Shown here: positions 1 through 11,804 of the stretch, piece after piece
Numbering within the stretch: position 1 is the first letter of the stretch
Layout: each line of letters starts with the position of its first letter
Notes under the pieces: model-generated
The model's database searches: none
The model's input: only the letters and a program-made list of their open reading frames with translations
Told to the model about the DNA's origin: nothing
Made by a program: the position numbers and the translations under genes
Assembly (NCBI RefSeq): GCF_006345805.1
Contig: NC_043006.1
Coordinates: 74,896,001 to 74,960,000, forward strand
Reading direction: 5' to 3'
DNA length: 64,000 bases
Source: Octopus sinensis
Taxonomy: Eukaryota

Positions 1-337
1 TCCTCATTACTCGCAAGAATTTCATTTTTACCCCACTTGGGGTAATTTACTCCGGGTCGCCGACTTCCGTTCTATACCATTAGTTCCCAACTTCCCCAAC
101 GTTTATAGCCTTTCTTTTAACACCTGAAATAACTTAGTCGCAAGCCAACTAGTGCGTCCTTTAGGAAGCTGAGAAGAGTTCCTACTGGCATCTTGATTCT
201 GGGCCCCTTAACCAACTACGAGGGTTGCAATGTAGATAGTAACATAGAAAATGGCAACAGAGAGATGCCACCTTCTATGTCACTGTTATGGTCTGGATGT
301 GGCCCATCCCCACTGAAAGTGTAAGAAATTATTTTCT

Positions 338-722
338 ACTCTAGGCACAAGGCCCGAAACTTTTGGGGAGGGTGCCAGTCAATTAGATCAACCACAGTAC
401 GCAACTGGTACTTAATTTATCGACCCTGAAAGGATGAAAGGCAAAGTCGACCTCGACGGAATTTGAACTCAGAACGTAGCGGCAGATGAAATGCCTATTT
501 CTTTACTACCCACAAGGAGCTCAACACAGAGAGGACAAACAAGGACAGACACACGGATTAAGTCGATTATATTGACCCCAGTGCGTAATTAGTACTTATT
601 TAATCAATCCCGAAAGGATGAAAGGCAAAGTCAACCTCCGCGGAATTTGAACTCAGAACGTAGCGGCAGACGAAATACCGCTAAGCATTTCACCCGGCGT
701 GCTAACGTTTCTGCCAGCTCAT
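338..722 (-). mobile_element. SINE family A (GGCGAGCTGGCAGAA head), dimeric copy; duplicated at ~2250-2634
   Basis: Reverse complement of the GAGCTGGCAGAAACGTTAGC...TTCTGAGTTCAAATTCCGC.GAGG..GACTTTGCCTTTCATCCTTTC body found in more than 12 copies in the window. Confidence 0.85.
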
Positions 723-1202
723 CGGCTTGCATGGAGTGGAGGTATGGAGGCTTCTTCCCAGTAGACCAGAGGTTCTCAGCCATTTTTTATCTATGGTTGA
801 TCACTATTTTATTTTGGTGGACCTCCATACCCTTTCGCTATCTAAAAACTAGTTTTATAGAAACTTCTTTCAAAATTCCTCTTTTGTTATTCACACAACT
901 TGTGTAAGTTGAACCATGTAAAATGTTAGATAAAGAAACTTAGCTGTTCTTGCAATACATACATCTAAAGCAATTTTTTTTTCATGAATCCTTAATGAGT
1001 TACTGTGGGTCCCCAATTTGCTGTTTCGTTCCCGTTGACCCTTCATCCCAAATCTTATAAGGACCCTCAGAATGTCATATGAACCACTGCTGTAGACTTT
1101 TGTTGCTCAGCTATCCCTAGAGTTTCACCACAACCATTAAGTCGACATGCTTAGCATCAGCTGAAATATAATCATTAGATCCTGTCAGTATTGGTCTGAC
1201 AA

Positions 1203-1432
1203 AGGCGGCGAGCTGGCAGAAACGTTAGCACTCGGGCGAAATGCTTAGCAGTACTTCGTGTCTTTACGTTCTGAGTTCAAATTCTGCCGAGGTCGACTTT
1301 GCCTTTCATCTTTCGGGGCGTAATTTTAAATAAGTACCAGTTACGCACTGGGGCCGAAGTAATCGACTTATCCCTTTGTCTGTCCTTGTTCGTCCCCTCT
1401 GTGTTTAGCCCCTGGGACAGTAAAGAAATAAG
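1203..1432 (+). mobile_element. SINE family A; duplicated at ~3117-3350
   Basis: GGCGGCGAGCTGGCAGAAACGTTAGCAC head, conserved body, GTAAAGAAATA tail. Confidence 0.85.
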
Positions 1433-1910
1433 TATTGGTCTGTTTGTGTTCATAATAGCCTTTTGACTTATTCTTATCCAGGAATATTCGTGTGAAATAT
1501 GTGATCACATGATTATGAATATGGAGTGTAGGTATATGCCTGTATGGTTAAGAAGCTCGTCTTGCAACCGTTAAGTTCCGGGTTCGATCTCACTTGCAAT
1601 CTTAGACAAGTAACTTTTTGTATGAAATTGAGTTACTCTACACACACTTGTATGTATATACATACAAATGTGCATGTGTGTATATATATATATATGTATG
1701 TACGTGTGTGTCTGTGTGAATGTGCGGTGTTCATGTTTACACCTGTCTGAAACTGGTATTGTTTATGTTGTGTCTCTTTATGTCAAGTAACATAGCGGTT
1801 AGTCAGAGACAGGAATGTTTTGCCATGGAATTTCGTAGACGAAGCTTTAGCCGCAAGCCGGCGCCATCACCGTCGCTATCACCGTCGCGTCGCCGTTGCC
1901 ATCGCATTGT

Positions 1911-2010
1911 NNNNNNNNNNNNNNNNNNNNNNNNNNNNNNNNNNNNNNNNNNNNNNNNNNNNNNNNNNNNNNNNNNNNNNNNNNNNNNNNNNNNNNNNNN
2001 NNNNNNNNNN
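1911..2010. other. Assembly gap (100 N)
   Basis: Run of N. Confidence 1.
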
Positions 2011-3847
2011 CAACGTTTATAGCCTTCTTTTAACACCTGAAATAACTTAGTCGCAAGCCAACTAGTGCGTCCTTAGGAAGCTGAGAAGAGTTCCTACTGG
2101 CATCTTGATTCTGGGCCCCTTAACCAACTACGAGGGTTGCAATGTAGATAGTAACATAGAAAATGGCAACAGAGAGATGCCACCTTCTATGTCACTGTTA
2201 TGGTCTGGATGTGGCCCATCCCCACTGAAAGTGTAAGAAATTATTTTCTACTCTAGGCACAAGGCCCGAAACTTTTGGGGAGGGTGCCAGTCAATTAGAT
2301 CAACCACAGTACGCAACTGGTACTTAATTTATCGACCCTGAAAGGATGAAAGGCAAAGTCGACCTCGACGGAATTTGAACTCAGAACGTAGCGGCAGATG
2401 AAATGCCTATTTCTTTACTACCCACAAGGAGCTCAACACAGAGAGGACAAACAAGGACAGACACACGGATTAAGTCGATTATATTGACCCCAGTGCGTAA
2501 TTAGTACTTATTTAATCAATCCCGAAAGGATGAAAGGCAAAGTCAACCTCCGCGGAATTTGAACTCAGAACGTAGCGGCAGACGAAATACCGCTAAGCAT
2601 TTCACCCGGCGTGCTAACGTTTCTGCCAGCTCATCGGCTTGCATGGAGTGGAGGTATGGAGGCTTCTTCCCAGTAGACCAGAGGTTCTCAGCCATTTTTT
2701 ATCTATGGTTGATCACTATTTTATTTTGGTGGACCTCCATACCCTTTCGCTATCTAAAAACTAGTTTTATAGAAACTTCTTTCAAAATTCCTCTTTTGTT
2801 ATTCACACAACTTGTGTAAGTTGAACCATGTAAAATGTTAGATAAAGAAACTTAGCTGTTTCTTGCAATACATACATCTAAAGCAATTTTTTTTTCATGA
2901 ATCCTTAATGAGTTACTGTGGGTCCCCAATTTGCTGTTTCGTTCCCGTTGACCCTTCATCCCAAATCTTATAAGGACCCTCAGATGTCATATGAACCACT
3001 GCTGTAGACCTTTTGTTGCTCAGCTATCCCTAGAGTTTCCCCACAACCATTAAGTCGACATGCTTAGCATCAGCTGAAATATAATCATTAGATCCTGTCA
3101 GTATTGGTCTGACAAAGGCGGCGAGCTGGCAGAAACGTTAGCACTCCGGGCGAAATGCTTAGCAGTACTTCGTCTGTCTTTACGTTCTGAGTTCAAATTC
3201 TGCCGAGGTCGACTTTGCCTTTCATCCTTTCGGGGTCGATTAAATAAGTACCAGTTACGCACTGGGGCCGAAGTAATCGACTTAATCCCTTTGTCTGTCC
3301 TTGTTCGTCCCCTCTGTGTTTAGCCCCCTGTGGACAGTAAAGAAATAAGTATTGGTCTGTTTGTGTTCATAATAGCCTTTTGACTTATTCTTATCCAGGA
3401 ATATTCGTGTGAAATATGTGATCACATGATTATGAATATGGAGTGTATGTAATGCCTGTATGGTTAAGAAGCTCGTCTTGCCACCGTTTAAGTTCCGGGT
3501 TCGATCTCACTTGCAATCTTAGACAAGTAACTTTTGTATGAAATTGAGTTCTCTACCACACCTTGTATTATATACATACAAATGTGCATGTGTATATATA
3601 TAATTGTATATGTACGTGTGTGTCTGTGTGAATGTGCGGTGTTCATGTTTACACCTGTCTGAAACTGGTATTGTTTATGTTGTGTCTCTTTATGTCAAGT
3701 AACATAGCGGTTAGTCAGAGACAGGAATGTTTTGCCATGGAATTTCGTAGACGAAGCTTTAGCCGCAGCCGGCGCCATCACCGTCGCTATCACCGTCGCG
3801 TCGCCGTTGCCATCGCATTGTTGCTGCTGCTGTTGCTGTTGTTGTTG

Positions 3848-4037
3848 TTTCAGTGTTGTTCTTCTGGAAGCCATCTACTCGCGATACCAGAGGGCGCACA
3901 CTCTTCTACCCTGATGTAATCTCCAGGGATACAGGCATCCAGCAACAGGACCTCCGTAATGCTATGATGGATCGTGAAGTCTGGCGTAGCATAGTAAATT
4001 CCATTGTCTCGACCACGGTCGAACAATGATGATGATG
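3848..4037 (+). mobile_element. RTE-like LINE 3' end
   Basis: With frameshifts it reads ...YPDVISRDTGIQQQDLRNAMMDREVWRSIVNSIVSTTVEQ* followed by a (TGA)n tail, typical of RTE C-termini. Confidence 0.6.
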
Positions 4038-4529
4038 AATTTTGTAATACATGTTAAAGCTGCAGAATGGCCTCATCTGGAACTAACTTAAATTTTGAAA
4101 CTTCAGGAGGAGAACTCGTCCAGAACACTGTGCCTCAGACAAGTTTGGTAGAGCAACATGCTTTCCATTCGGCATATAGCCTCATTAGAAACTAACTTTC
4201 ATTTTCGGCGCCTCCCTTACTCTACCAGCCACTGCCAGACTCATAATCCTCTTACTGCTTATTAGGCAGCGAATTTAGATAATATGGTCTGCCTGCCACA
4301 TACCATTTCTGTCTGAAAGTTTGAAGTCAACTGTATTAATATGTTAGTATCGGCATTACTGCTGTGATGTGAGAAGCAACGGATAATACCTTATTATTTG
4401 TCTGAAGACGCTTGATCTTGTTTGGCTCCAGATCATCTTTGATAGCACAAACCTATGATGTATCTTCTTCAAAAAATGGCTCTGACGTAGGCAACACGTG
4501 GCTTCACTGCTCTCCATTTTCCTTGCCGT

Positions 4530-4785
4530 TTCTTCTTCTTCTTCTTCTTCTTCTTCTTCTTCTTCTTCTTCTTCTTCTTCTTCTTCTTCTTCTTCTTCTT
4601 CTTCTCTTCTTCTTCTTCCATCTTCTTCTTCCATCTTCTTCTTCCATCTTCTTCTTCCATCTTCTTCTTCTTCTTCTTCTTCCATCTTCTTCTTCCATCT
4701 TCTTCTTCTTCTTCTTCTTCCATCTTCTTCTTCCATCTTCTTCTTCTTCTTCTTCTTCTTCTTCTTCTCTTCTTCTTCTTCTTCT
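4530..4785. repeat. (CTT)n microsatellite with CCAT interruptions
   Basis: Seen directly. Confidence 0.95.
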
Positions 4786-6194
4786 CTCGTTCTTTTAAGG
4801 CTTTTTCTACTATACCTCTTCAAATTAAGGACTTTTATCTGAAACGTTAAAGACATCTCTACTCTGTGTATCTCAAGCATTAAACTATTATATAATTTTA
4901 TCATCACTTAATTCATTCGAATTTTAAAAAAATTATGGTTGAGTATGATTTGCGGGAGAGTAGGTTGCTATTTTTGATAGGTCAAATGACCATGCTGAGA
5001 CTCTGGTGCATTAGGCAACGCACCATTCTTATAACTTACATTGTCCTGTGGATAAATAAAACCAAGGAGTCATATCTGCATGTAGTTAGCCTCACCGGGA
5101 AATTTAACACACATACGAGGGCCTTTTCAACAAACTGCTGTTACTGAATTCATAATTCTTCCTGTGTGAATTGAAAACAGCGGACGGGATGGATCCGATT
5201 GAATATTCTCTCTTTGCCTGTCTTAACTCTTTGCTTGTCCAAAGCAATTTTGTAAGTTTGTTCTAAACGTTCATACTTGCTTTCAGACTTTTAGCTAAAC
5301 CTTTTCTTTCATACGTTCTGAGTAATATAAAGCTTCTTTTTCATAAGTTCAAAGTGGTTCTGGTGGTTGAAAAACCCCCAGAAAATATGTGCTGTATATC
5401 ACGTTACACGCAGGACAGACAAAAGGGTTCATTTACTGCGGCCCAGGATTTTTGTATGTTGAATGTGTATAAAACATTTGGCCTTTGTCGTTGTAGTTGT
5501 AACCGTCGCCGTTTCTTTTTTTGTTTAGCCCCCAGTCCAGCAGGCCCTATCCTCAAACAAACCACTACTTCCAACAACTTTCCCTACCCAGAACGCCACC
5601 CGTGGCTTCACTACCTTCGATTTTCCTTGCCGTGGTTTTTCTTCTCTCTCATTATTTTATTGCTTTTACAGTACCTCTTTCAGACGAATGACTTTAACTC
5701 GAAACATTAAAGACACTGCAATCTTTAAAGTCTACAGTTTTTAACGACTACAGCGTCGTTAACGTCTTAAAACTCCTCCAGAATTTTAAGACTACAAAGT
5801 GAATAATTCTGAAGGATTATAGGTTATATAGCTATTTTTAGCAGGTCAGACAGTCCACCCTGTAGAGGACGCCTTTGTTGGTATCGTAGTAACCAATCTT
5901 TTCCTTGCTCACTTTCTTTATATTCACTGTTTTGAAAAGGTTTTTTTTTAAAGAACGGTGCTTTTGAATCCGTTTAAAATTGACCTTGTTTGATTTTGTT
6001 TTCATTCTTCTTTTTTCTTCTTTCTACTAGATATTGAAATATTTATTTTCTTTCATACAAAATGAAATGAGACTCGTAAAACTGTTTTATTAGGAAGAAC
6101 ATTTTACAATGGCCCACCTTTGAATATTGCTGCCTTTATGTGTGATTTAAGTTTCCTGAATAAAAACATCGTGACGTAATCGAAAGAGAATTAC

Positions 6195-6262
<68 letters not shown>

Positions 6263-6691
6263 CAACAACAACAGCAACAGCAGCAGCAGCAACAACAACA
6301 ACATATAATAATGACTGAAGGGAACTGCTGGTCGTGATATGGGATTCACATTGTGAATGATGTCATGGTCAATATTGCCTTTTACTTTTCTGACATTCAC
6401 ACACACACACACACATACACACACACACACACACACACCACACACACACACACACACACACTCCCAAATACACACATATGCACACGCCCCCCACCCACAC
6501 AAACACACATATGCACCCCCACACACAAACACATACATACACACAAACAAACTAACACAAAGCACTTATACACTTAGGTGGTTGTGGATGTCCATCGTTT
6601 GACGACGAGGATTAAGCTGATCGAATAATTGGGTTATCTGCTCTTGTATTAATGTGCAAGCGGCTGAGCATTCTGCAGACGTGTATCTACC

Positions 6692-6794
6692 TACTTCAAC
6701 CCTTCATTCTCAATGGAGCATAATCCATCGACGAATTTTCTTAGTTATCGCCTTCTGACTGTCTTTTCTGTTTCACTCCAGTTGAATCCCTTCA
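6692..6794 (-). mobile_element. RTE-like LINE 3' end relic
   Basis: Minus strand reads KGFNWSETEKTVRRR*xRKFVDGLCSIENEG. Confidence 0.5.
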
Positions 6795-6902
6795 ACACAC
6801 ACACATGTATATACTTACATATGCTTACATATGTATGTATGAATGTATGTATGTATGTATGTATGTATGTATGTATGTATGTATGTATGTATGTATGTAT
6901 GC

Positions 6903-6998
6903 TCCTTATCTTTCCTGATGAGAAGATTGCATAATGCACCCTTTATTCCTTCGGAATAAAAGTATGCTGTCTTCGAAACATGTGTCGAGAGTAAAGGA
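6903..6998 (+). ncRNA. Type I hammerhead ribozyme with intact core and extended stem II
   Basis: Stem I TCC-TTA(T)CTTTC / GAGAGTAA(A)GGA; core CTGATGA 6915-21; stem II GAAGA/TCTTC plus GCATA/TATGC plus TTTATTCC/GGAATAAA; GAAA 6975-78; stem III C-[ATGT]-G; GUC with predicted cleavage after 6986. Confidence 0.85.
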
Positions 6999-7183
6999 AT
7001 TATGTTAACATCTTCGTTCGACTCCATTCTTTCATTTATTCATATAAAAAACACACAAATTTCCACACAAGAACACGGAGTTTCTACCCTTGACAGGTCG
7101 CTTCAACCGTGTTTTCCGACGTGAATTTGCTACCCAGGTATCGGTTAAACGAATTTTCCATGCTAGGATAACTCATTCACCTA

Positions 7184-7220
<37 letters not shown>

Positions 7221-7928
7221 CACACATACACACTATATTATTAAAGCTGCAAAAACATTACAAAATATCATAAAAAATCTCAGTGCTTCACGTTCCCGTT
7301 CGTCGGACAGTTGTGATTAAGAATGGGGCATGAATTAAGGTTACATATATATGTAAATTGTTGTATTTTGTACAATTTACATTGACAGAGTTTGGTTTCA
7401 TTTCATTGGTCGTTTCAACTGACGATTTTAAAAAAAGAATCGGTGATATAAAATTAAATATCGAGGAAAAAATCGAAGAAAACCTTAAATCAAAATTAAA
7501 TTGTAGTTTAGAATGAAAAACATACATGCTCAGAGTAAATTAATTAACGTTAAAATAAGTATAATCAATATATACATACATATATATGCAAAGTAATTTA
7601 TTTTACTAAGCCCTTTTATATAATGTAATAATTGAATTCGCCGTTGAATGGTCCCTTTGCATACTGAACACTTGGTGAATTGATTAATAATTAATTAATT
7701 TTGCCCTCAATTGTTGAAATTATATTAATCTCCCTCTGATTAATGCTTCGGACTTTACCGAAATAAGCATAGAGTTTGATGATTTTAACCCACGCTGGTG
7801 GAAAGGGGAGAACAGAGATTCTTCGCTTGCTTATTTTGAATTTGTTGACACTGTTAGTTGGAAGCAGATCTTCGAGAGGTATGTTCTTATTTTCAGTGTT
7901 TCCAAATCCAAACAAACCAAGGAATTTC

Positions 7929-7980
7929 CGAGCCGATGATAGAAATGTTGTTTTGACTAATCTTGAAACGTACGTTCTCG
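7929..7980 (+). ncRNA. Minimal type I hammerhead, monomer 1 (variant core)
   Basis: CGAG-CCGATGA-[TAGA..TCTT]-GAAAC-GTAC-GTT-CTCG. Stem III is the palindrome AACGTACGTT. Confidence 0.7.
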
Positions 7981-8464
7981 AAAACCTTAGCATTTGATTT
8001 TTCGATGTCATTACCCCCAAACTTTTGTGAGTTAAATATGCAACACTATATATGAGAGAGATTTTTCTTTAAGTATTAGAAATAGCCTTAAAAAAGTTTT
8101 TTAGCTGCTATTTCTAATGAGTTCAGTATGCGGCAAAGTAATTTATTTTACTAAGCCCTTTTATATAATGTAATAATTTGAATTCGCCTGAATGGTCCCT
8201 TTGCATACTGAACACTTGGTGAAATTGATTAATAATTAATAATTTTGCCCTCAATTGTTGAAATTAAATAATCTCCCTCTGATTAATGCTTCGGACTTTC
8301 CGAAATAAGCATAGAGTTTGATGATTTTAACCCACGTGGTGGAAAGGGGAGAACAGAGATCTTCGCTTGCTTATTTTGAATTTGTTGACACTGTTAGTTG
8401 GAAGCAGATCTTCGAGAGGGTATGTTCTTATTTTCAGTGTTTCAAATCCAAACCAAGGAATTTC

Positions 8465-8516
8465 CGAGCCGATGATAGAAATGTTGTTTTGACTAATCTT
8501 GAAACGTACGTTCTCG
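8465..8516 (+). ncRNA. Minimal type I hammerhead, monomer 2 (variant core)
   Basis: Same sequence as monomer 1; predicted cleavage after 8512. Confidence 0.7.
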
Positions 8517-9006
8517 AATAACCTTAGCATTTGATTTTTCGATGTCATTACCCCCAAACTTTTGTGAGTTAAATTATGCAAACACTATATATGAGAGAGA
8601 TTTTCTTTTAATATTAGAATAGCCTTAAAAAAGTTTTTTAGCTGCTATTTCTAATGAGTTCAGTATGCGGCAAAGTAATTTATTTTACTAAGCCCTTTTA
8701 TATAATGTAATAATTTGAATTCGCCTTGAATGGTCCTTTGCATACTGAACACTTGGTGAAATTGATTAATAATTAATTAATTTTGCCCTCAATTGTTGAA
8801 ATTATAATTAATCTCCTCTGATTAATGCTTCGGACTTTACCGAAATAAGCATAGAGTTTGATGATTTTAACCCACGCTGGTGGAAAGGGGGAGAACAGAG
8901 ATTCTTCGCTTGCTTATTTTGAATTTGTTGACACTGTTAGTTGGAAGCAGATCTTCGAGAGGGTATTTCTTATTTTCAGTGTTTCCAATCCAAACCAAGG
9001 AATTTC

Positions 9007-9057
9007 CGAGCCGATGATAAAATGTTGTTTTGACTAATCTTGAAACGTACGTTCTCG
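9007..9057 (+). ncRNA. Minimal type I hammerhead, monomer 3 (variant core)
   Basis: Same fold with one G missing in stem II; predicted cleavage after 9053. Confidence 0.6.
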
Positions 9058-9830
9058 AATAACCTTAGCATTTGATTTTTCGATGTCTTACCCCCAACTT
9101 TTGTGAGTTAAATTATGCAAACACTATATATGAGAGAGATTTTCTTTAAGTATTAGAAATAGCCTTAAAAAAGTTTTTTAGCTGCTATTTCTAATTCAGT
9201 AGCTGCAAAGTAATTTATTTTACTAAGCCCTTTATATAATGTAATAATTTGAATTCGCTTGAATGGTCCCTTTGCATACTGAACACTTGGTGAAATTGAT
9301 TAATAATTAATTAATTTTGCCCTCAATTGTTGAAATTATATATGTATATATATATATATATGTATGTATATAAACACAACATAAAACATACTTGTCCAGA
9401 GTAAATTAATGTTAAAATAAGTTTAATTTATATATATATATAAATAAACACAACACACACATACATATACACGCTCATATATCACACACACACATACGCG
9501 TGCGTGCACATCAGTTTTATTTAAACTAGGATGTATAACACTGCTTTGTTTATTGTTACAGCAGTTTAATTGACAAAGGGCATTCGTTGTTGCTTGTTTG
9601 ATTGTTGCACCACTGTTCCATATTCGAGAATATTATTTCATTAACCTTCTATTGTTTTTTTTAGTCTTTTATGGTCCCAGAAATAACGTAACCGCATGTC
9701 AGCAAAAGAATCTTTAAATTAACGTTGGTCAAAAGGTGGATCGTGAGCTGCATGCGGCTCTTGAAGCTACTATGCGTAGCTCCCAGCTTAATATTGGCCT
9801 TTCAGTACAATCATCATGTATGTGTGTATG

Positions 9831-10053
9831 TGAGGCGCAATGGCCCGGTGATTAGAGCATCGGACTCGCGGTTTCAATACCCAGACCGGACGTTGGGAGT
9901 GTTTATTGAGTGAAAATACCTAAAAGCTCCACGAGTCTATGGCAGGGGATGGTGGCAAACCCTGCTGTACTCTTTCACCCAACTTTCTCTCACTCTTTCT
10001 TCCTGTTTCTGTTGTACCTGTATTTCGAAAGGCTAGCCTTGTCACATTGCGTA
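9831..10053 (+). mobile_element. SINE family B (tRNA-derived; GGCGCAATGGCCCAGTGG head)
   Basis: A box and B box remnants, then the CACCTAAAGCTCCACGAG body shared with about 10 copies. Confidence 0.85.
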
Positions 10054-11376
10054 ATACCCACACTTCATCATATAACACCTTAAAACAGAAGGATACATTG
10101 CTATACAATAAGACATGATGGTGATTGATTGAACGATTTTGATCATAGTTTACTCAGTCAAGGTTAATTTGGTACAAAATGTACTCAACTGGAAGAAGCT
10201 TTATCTCTTACTTTTTGTTGGCCCTCTGAAAGCAATGCTATGGATCCTTCTCGATGTTTCTAGATACTTAATGTTGACCATTGTCATATTATTCATATAA
10301 TGTCTATAATAGCCTTAAAGCGGACGATTTCTGTCGAAATACTTCAGCTATTAAATCAACTCCAGTATTTGAATGTCTATGAGCAAAAATATTCTACTAG
10401 TGATCATCCAATCTTTGAATTTCTGCCGTCGTTGTTTTTTAACCCCAAGTCAGTCCTGGTCGAGCATGTCTATGAGCAAAAATATTCTACTAGTGATCAT
10501 CCAATCTTTTCCGACGTGCAGTGAAAGAACCAAGAACGCCTTTACCCAAGGAGTTATTTTTTAAGACGATGAGATGTGATTTCAGGGAATCTGATAGCGA
10601 ATTCTAGGAAATCAAACGATTACGTTGGTTGATTGGTTGGTAAACTTTTGTTGTCTCTTGTATCATTAAAACAAAGTTCTTTCTCCCCACCTCTCTCTCT
10701 CTCTGTCACATATACACATATATATAGACGCATATATATGCGTATGTGTGTATGTGTGTATATGTGTGTGTGTATATGTGTGTGTATCTATATCTATATC
10801 TATATATATATAAATACACGCACACACACACACACACACATGTATATACATATGTACACACAAATATATTTGTGAATTCAAATAGGGGAGGAAGGGAAAA
10901 TATACATTTTGAGAAAAGTGAAAAGGAAAAAAAAAAATGCTATGTTTTTAGCATTGTTCATTTTCATATTTGCTCTGCAGCGGGTTGTAAATACACCCCA
11001 GAATTTGTCAATCTTTGCGTCTTAAATACAGTGAACCAGTGATTGATCTACTGGTAAGCAGCAATCCGTTTCGTTCACCACTTGCTATTAAAACAACAGC
11101 AACAACAACAACAACAACAAGCACTTGAACGACAATGACAACATCAACAAAAACAACAACAACAACAAGAACGACGATAACAAAAAACAACAACTAAAAT
11201 AACAACAATATCAACGACGACAGCAACGTAAGAACAGCAACAACAAAAAATACATCAACAGTAGCAACAACAATAACAAACACAGCAACAATATTAAATA
11301 ATGGTTTAAAATTTTGGTATAAGACCAGCAGCTTTTAAGGGAAGAGGGAAGTCGATTACAACGATCCCAATATTTG

Positions 11377-11548
11377 CATTATTTACATTATTTACATTAT
11401 TTAACATTATTTAAATTTGACGGATATTTGTCCTCATCTTGTTTGTTGTTACCACAACGTTTCGGCAGATATACTCACCAGCCTTCATCAGGTGTCTTGG
11501 GGGGAAATTTCGAACCTGGGTTCTCATTCCTAAGGTATTTTTCGATGC

Positions 11549-11612
<64 letters not shown>

Positions 11613-11753
11613 GTTGTTGTTGTTGTTGTTGTTGTTGTTTTTGTTGTTGTTACTGTTCAGGTCACTGCTTGGAATCGAAATCGGAATCTCGGGGTTTGTA
11701 GCCCGCGCTCTTAACCACTACGCTAAATGCCCGTGGGCAATTACGGTGTGATC

Positions 11754-11804
<51 letters not shown>

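Larger units (their letters stand above)
97..3821. repeat. ~1.8-kb direct duplication flanking the N gap (97-1910 vs 2011-3821); probable assembly overlap
   Basis: Both copies start CAACGTTTATAGCC and end CATCGCATTGT. Differences are mostly 1-nt indels. Identical 86-aa spurious ORFs at 647 and 2559. Confidence 0.85.
7588..9340 (+). mobile_element. Tandem array of ~540-bp HHR-containing monomers (retrozyme-like; about 3.25 units)
   Basis: Units start GCAAAGTAATTT at 7588, 8133, 8670 and 9205. Each complete unit carries the same HHR fold. A diverged homologue lies at 63176-64000. Confidence 0.85.

Noticed and set aside
647-907. 86-aa ORF present twice (also 2559-2819)
   Set aside because: Starts antisense inside a SINE; repeated only because of the gap-flanking duplication.
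7428-7460. Other CTGANGA hits (4402, 7428, 15396, 18606, 18643, 25700, 39074, 40762, 45711, 46290, 51188, 61804)
   Set aside because: No correctly placed GAAA, NUH site or stem I pairing could be built.
7691-8581. Short ORFs in the tandem monomers (MILTHAGGKGR..., also at 63475-63663)
   Set aside because: Frames differ between copies and there is no recognisable domain. The shared N-terminus reflects DNA homology. Indel noise leaves slight uncertainty.
7588-9340. CRISPR-like or plain satellite interpretation of the array
   Set aside because: Eukaryotic context, with no short repeat and unique spacer pattern. Whole ~540-bp units repeat and contain an HHR.
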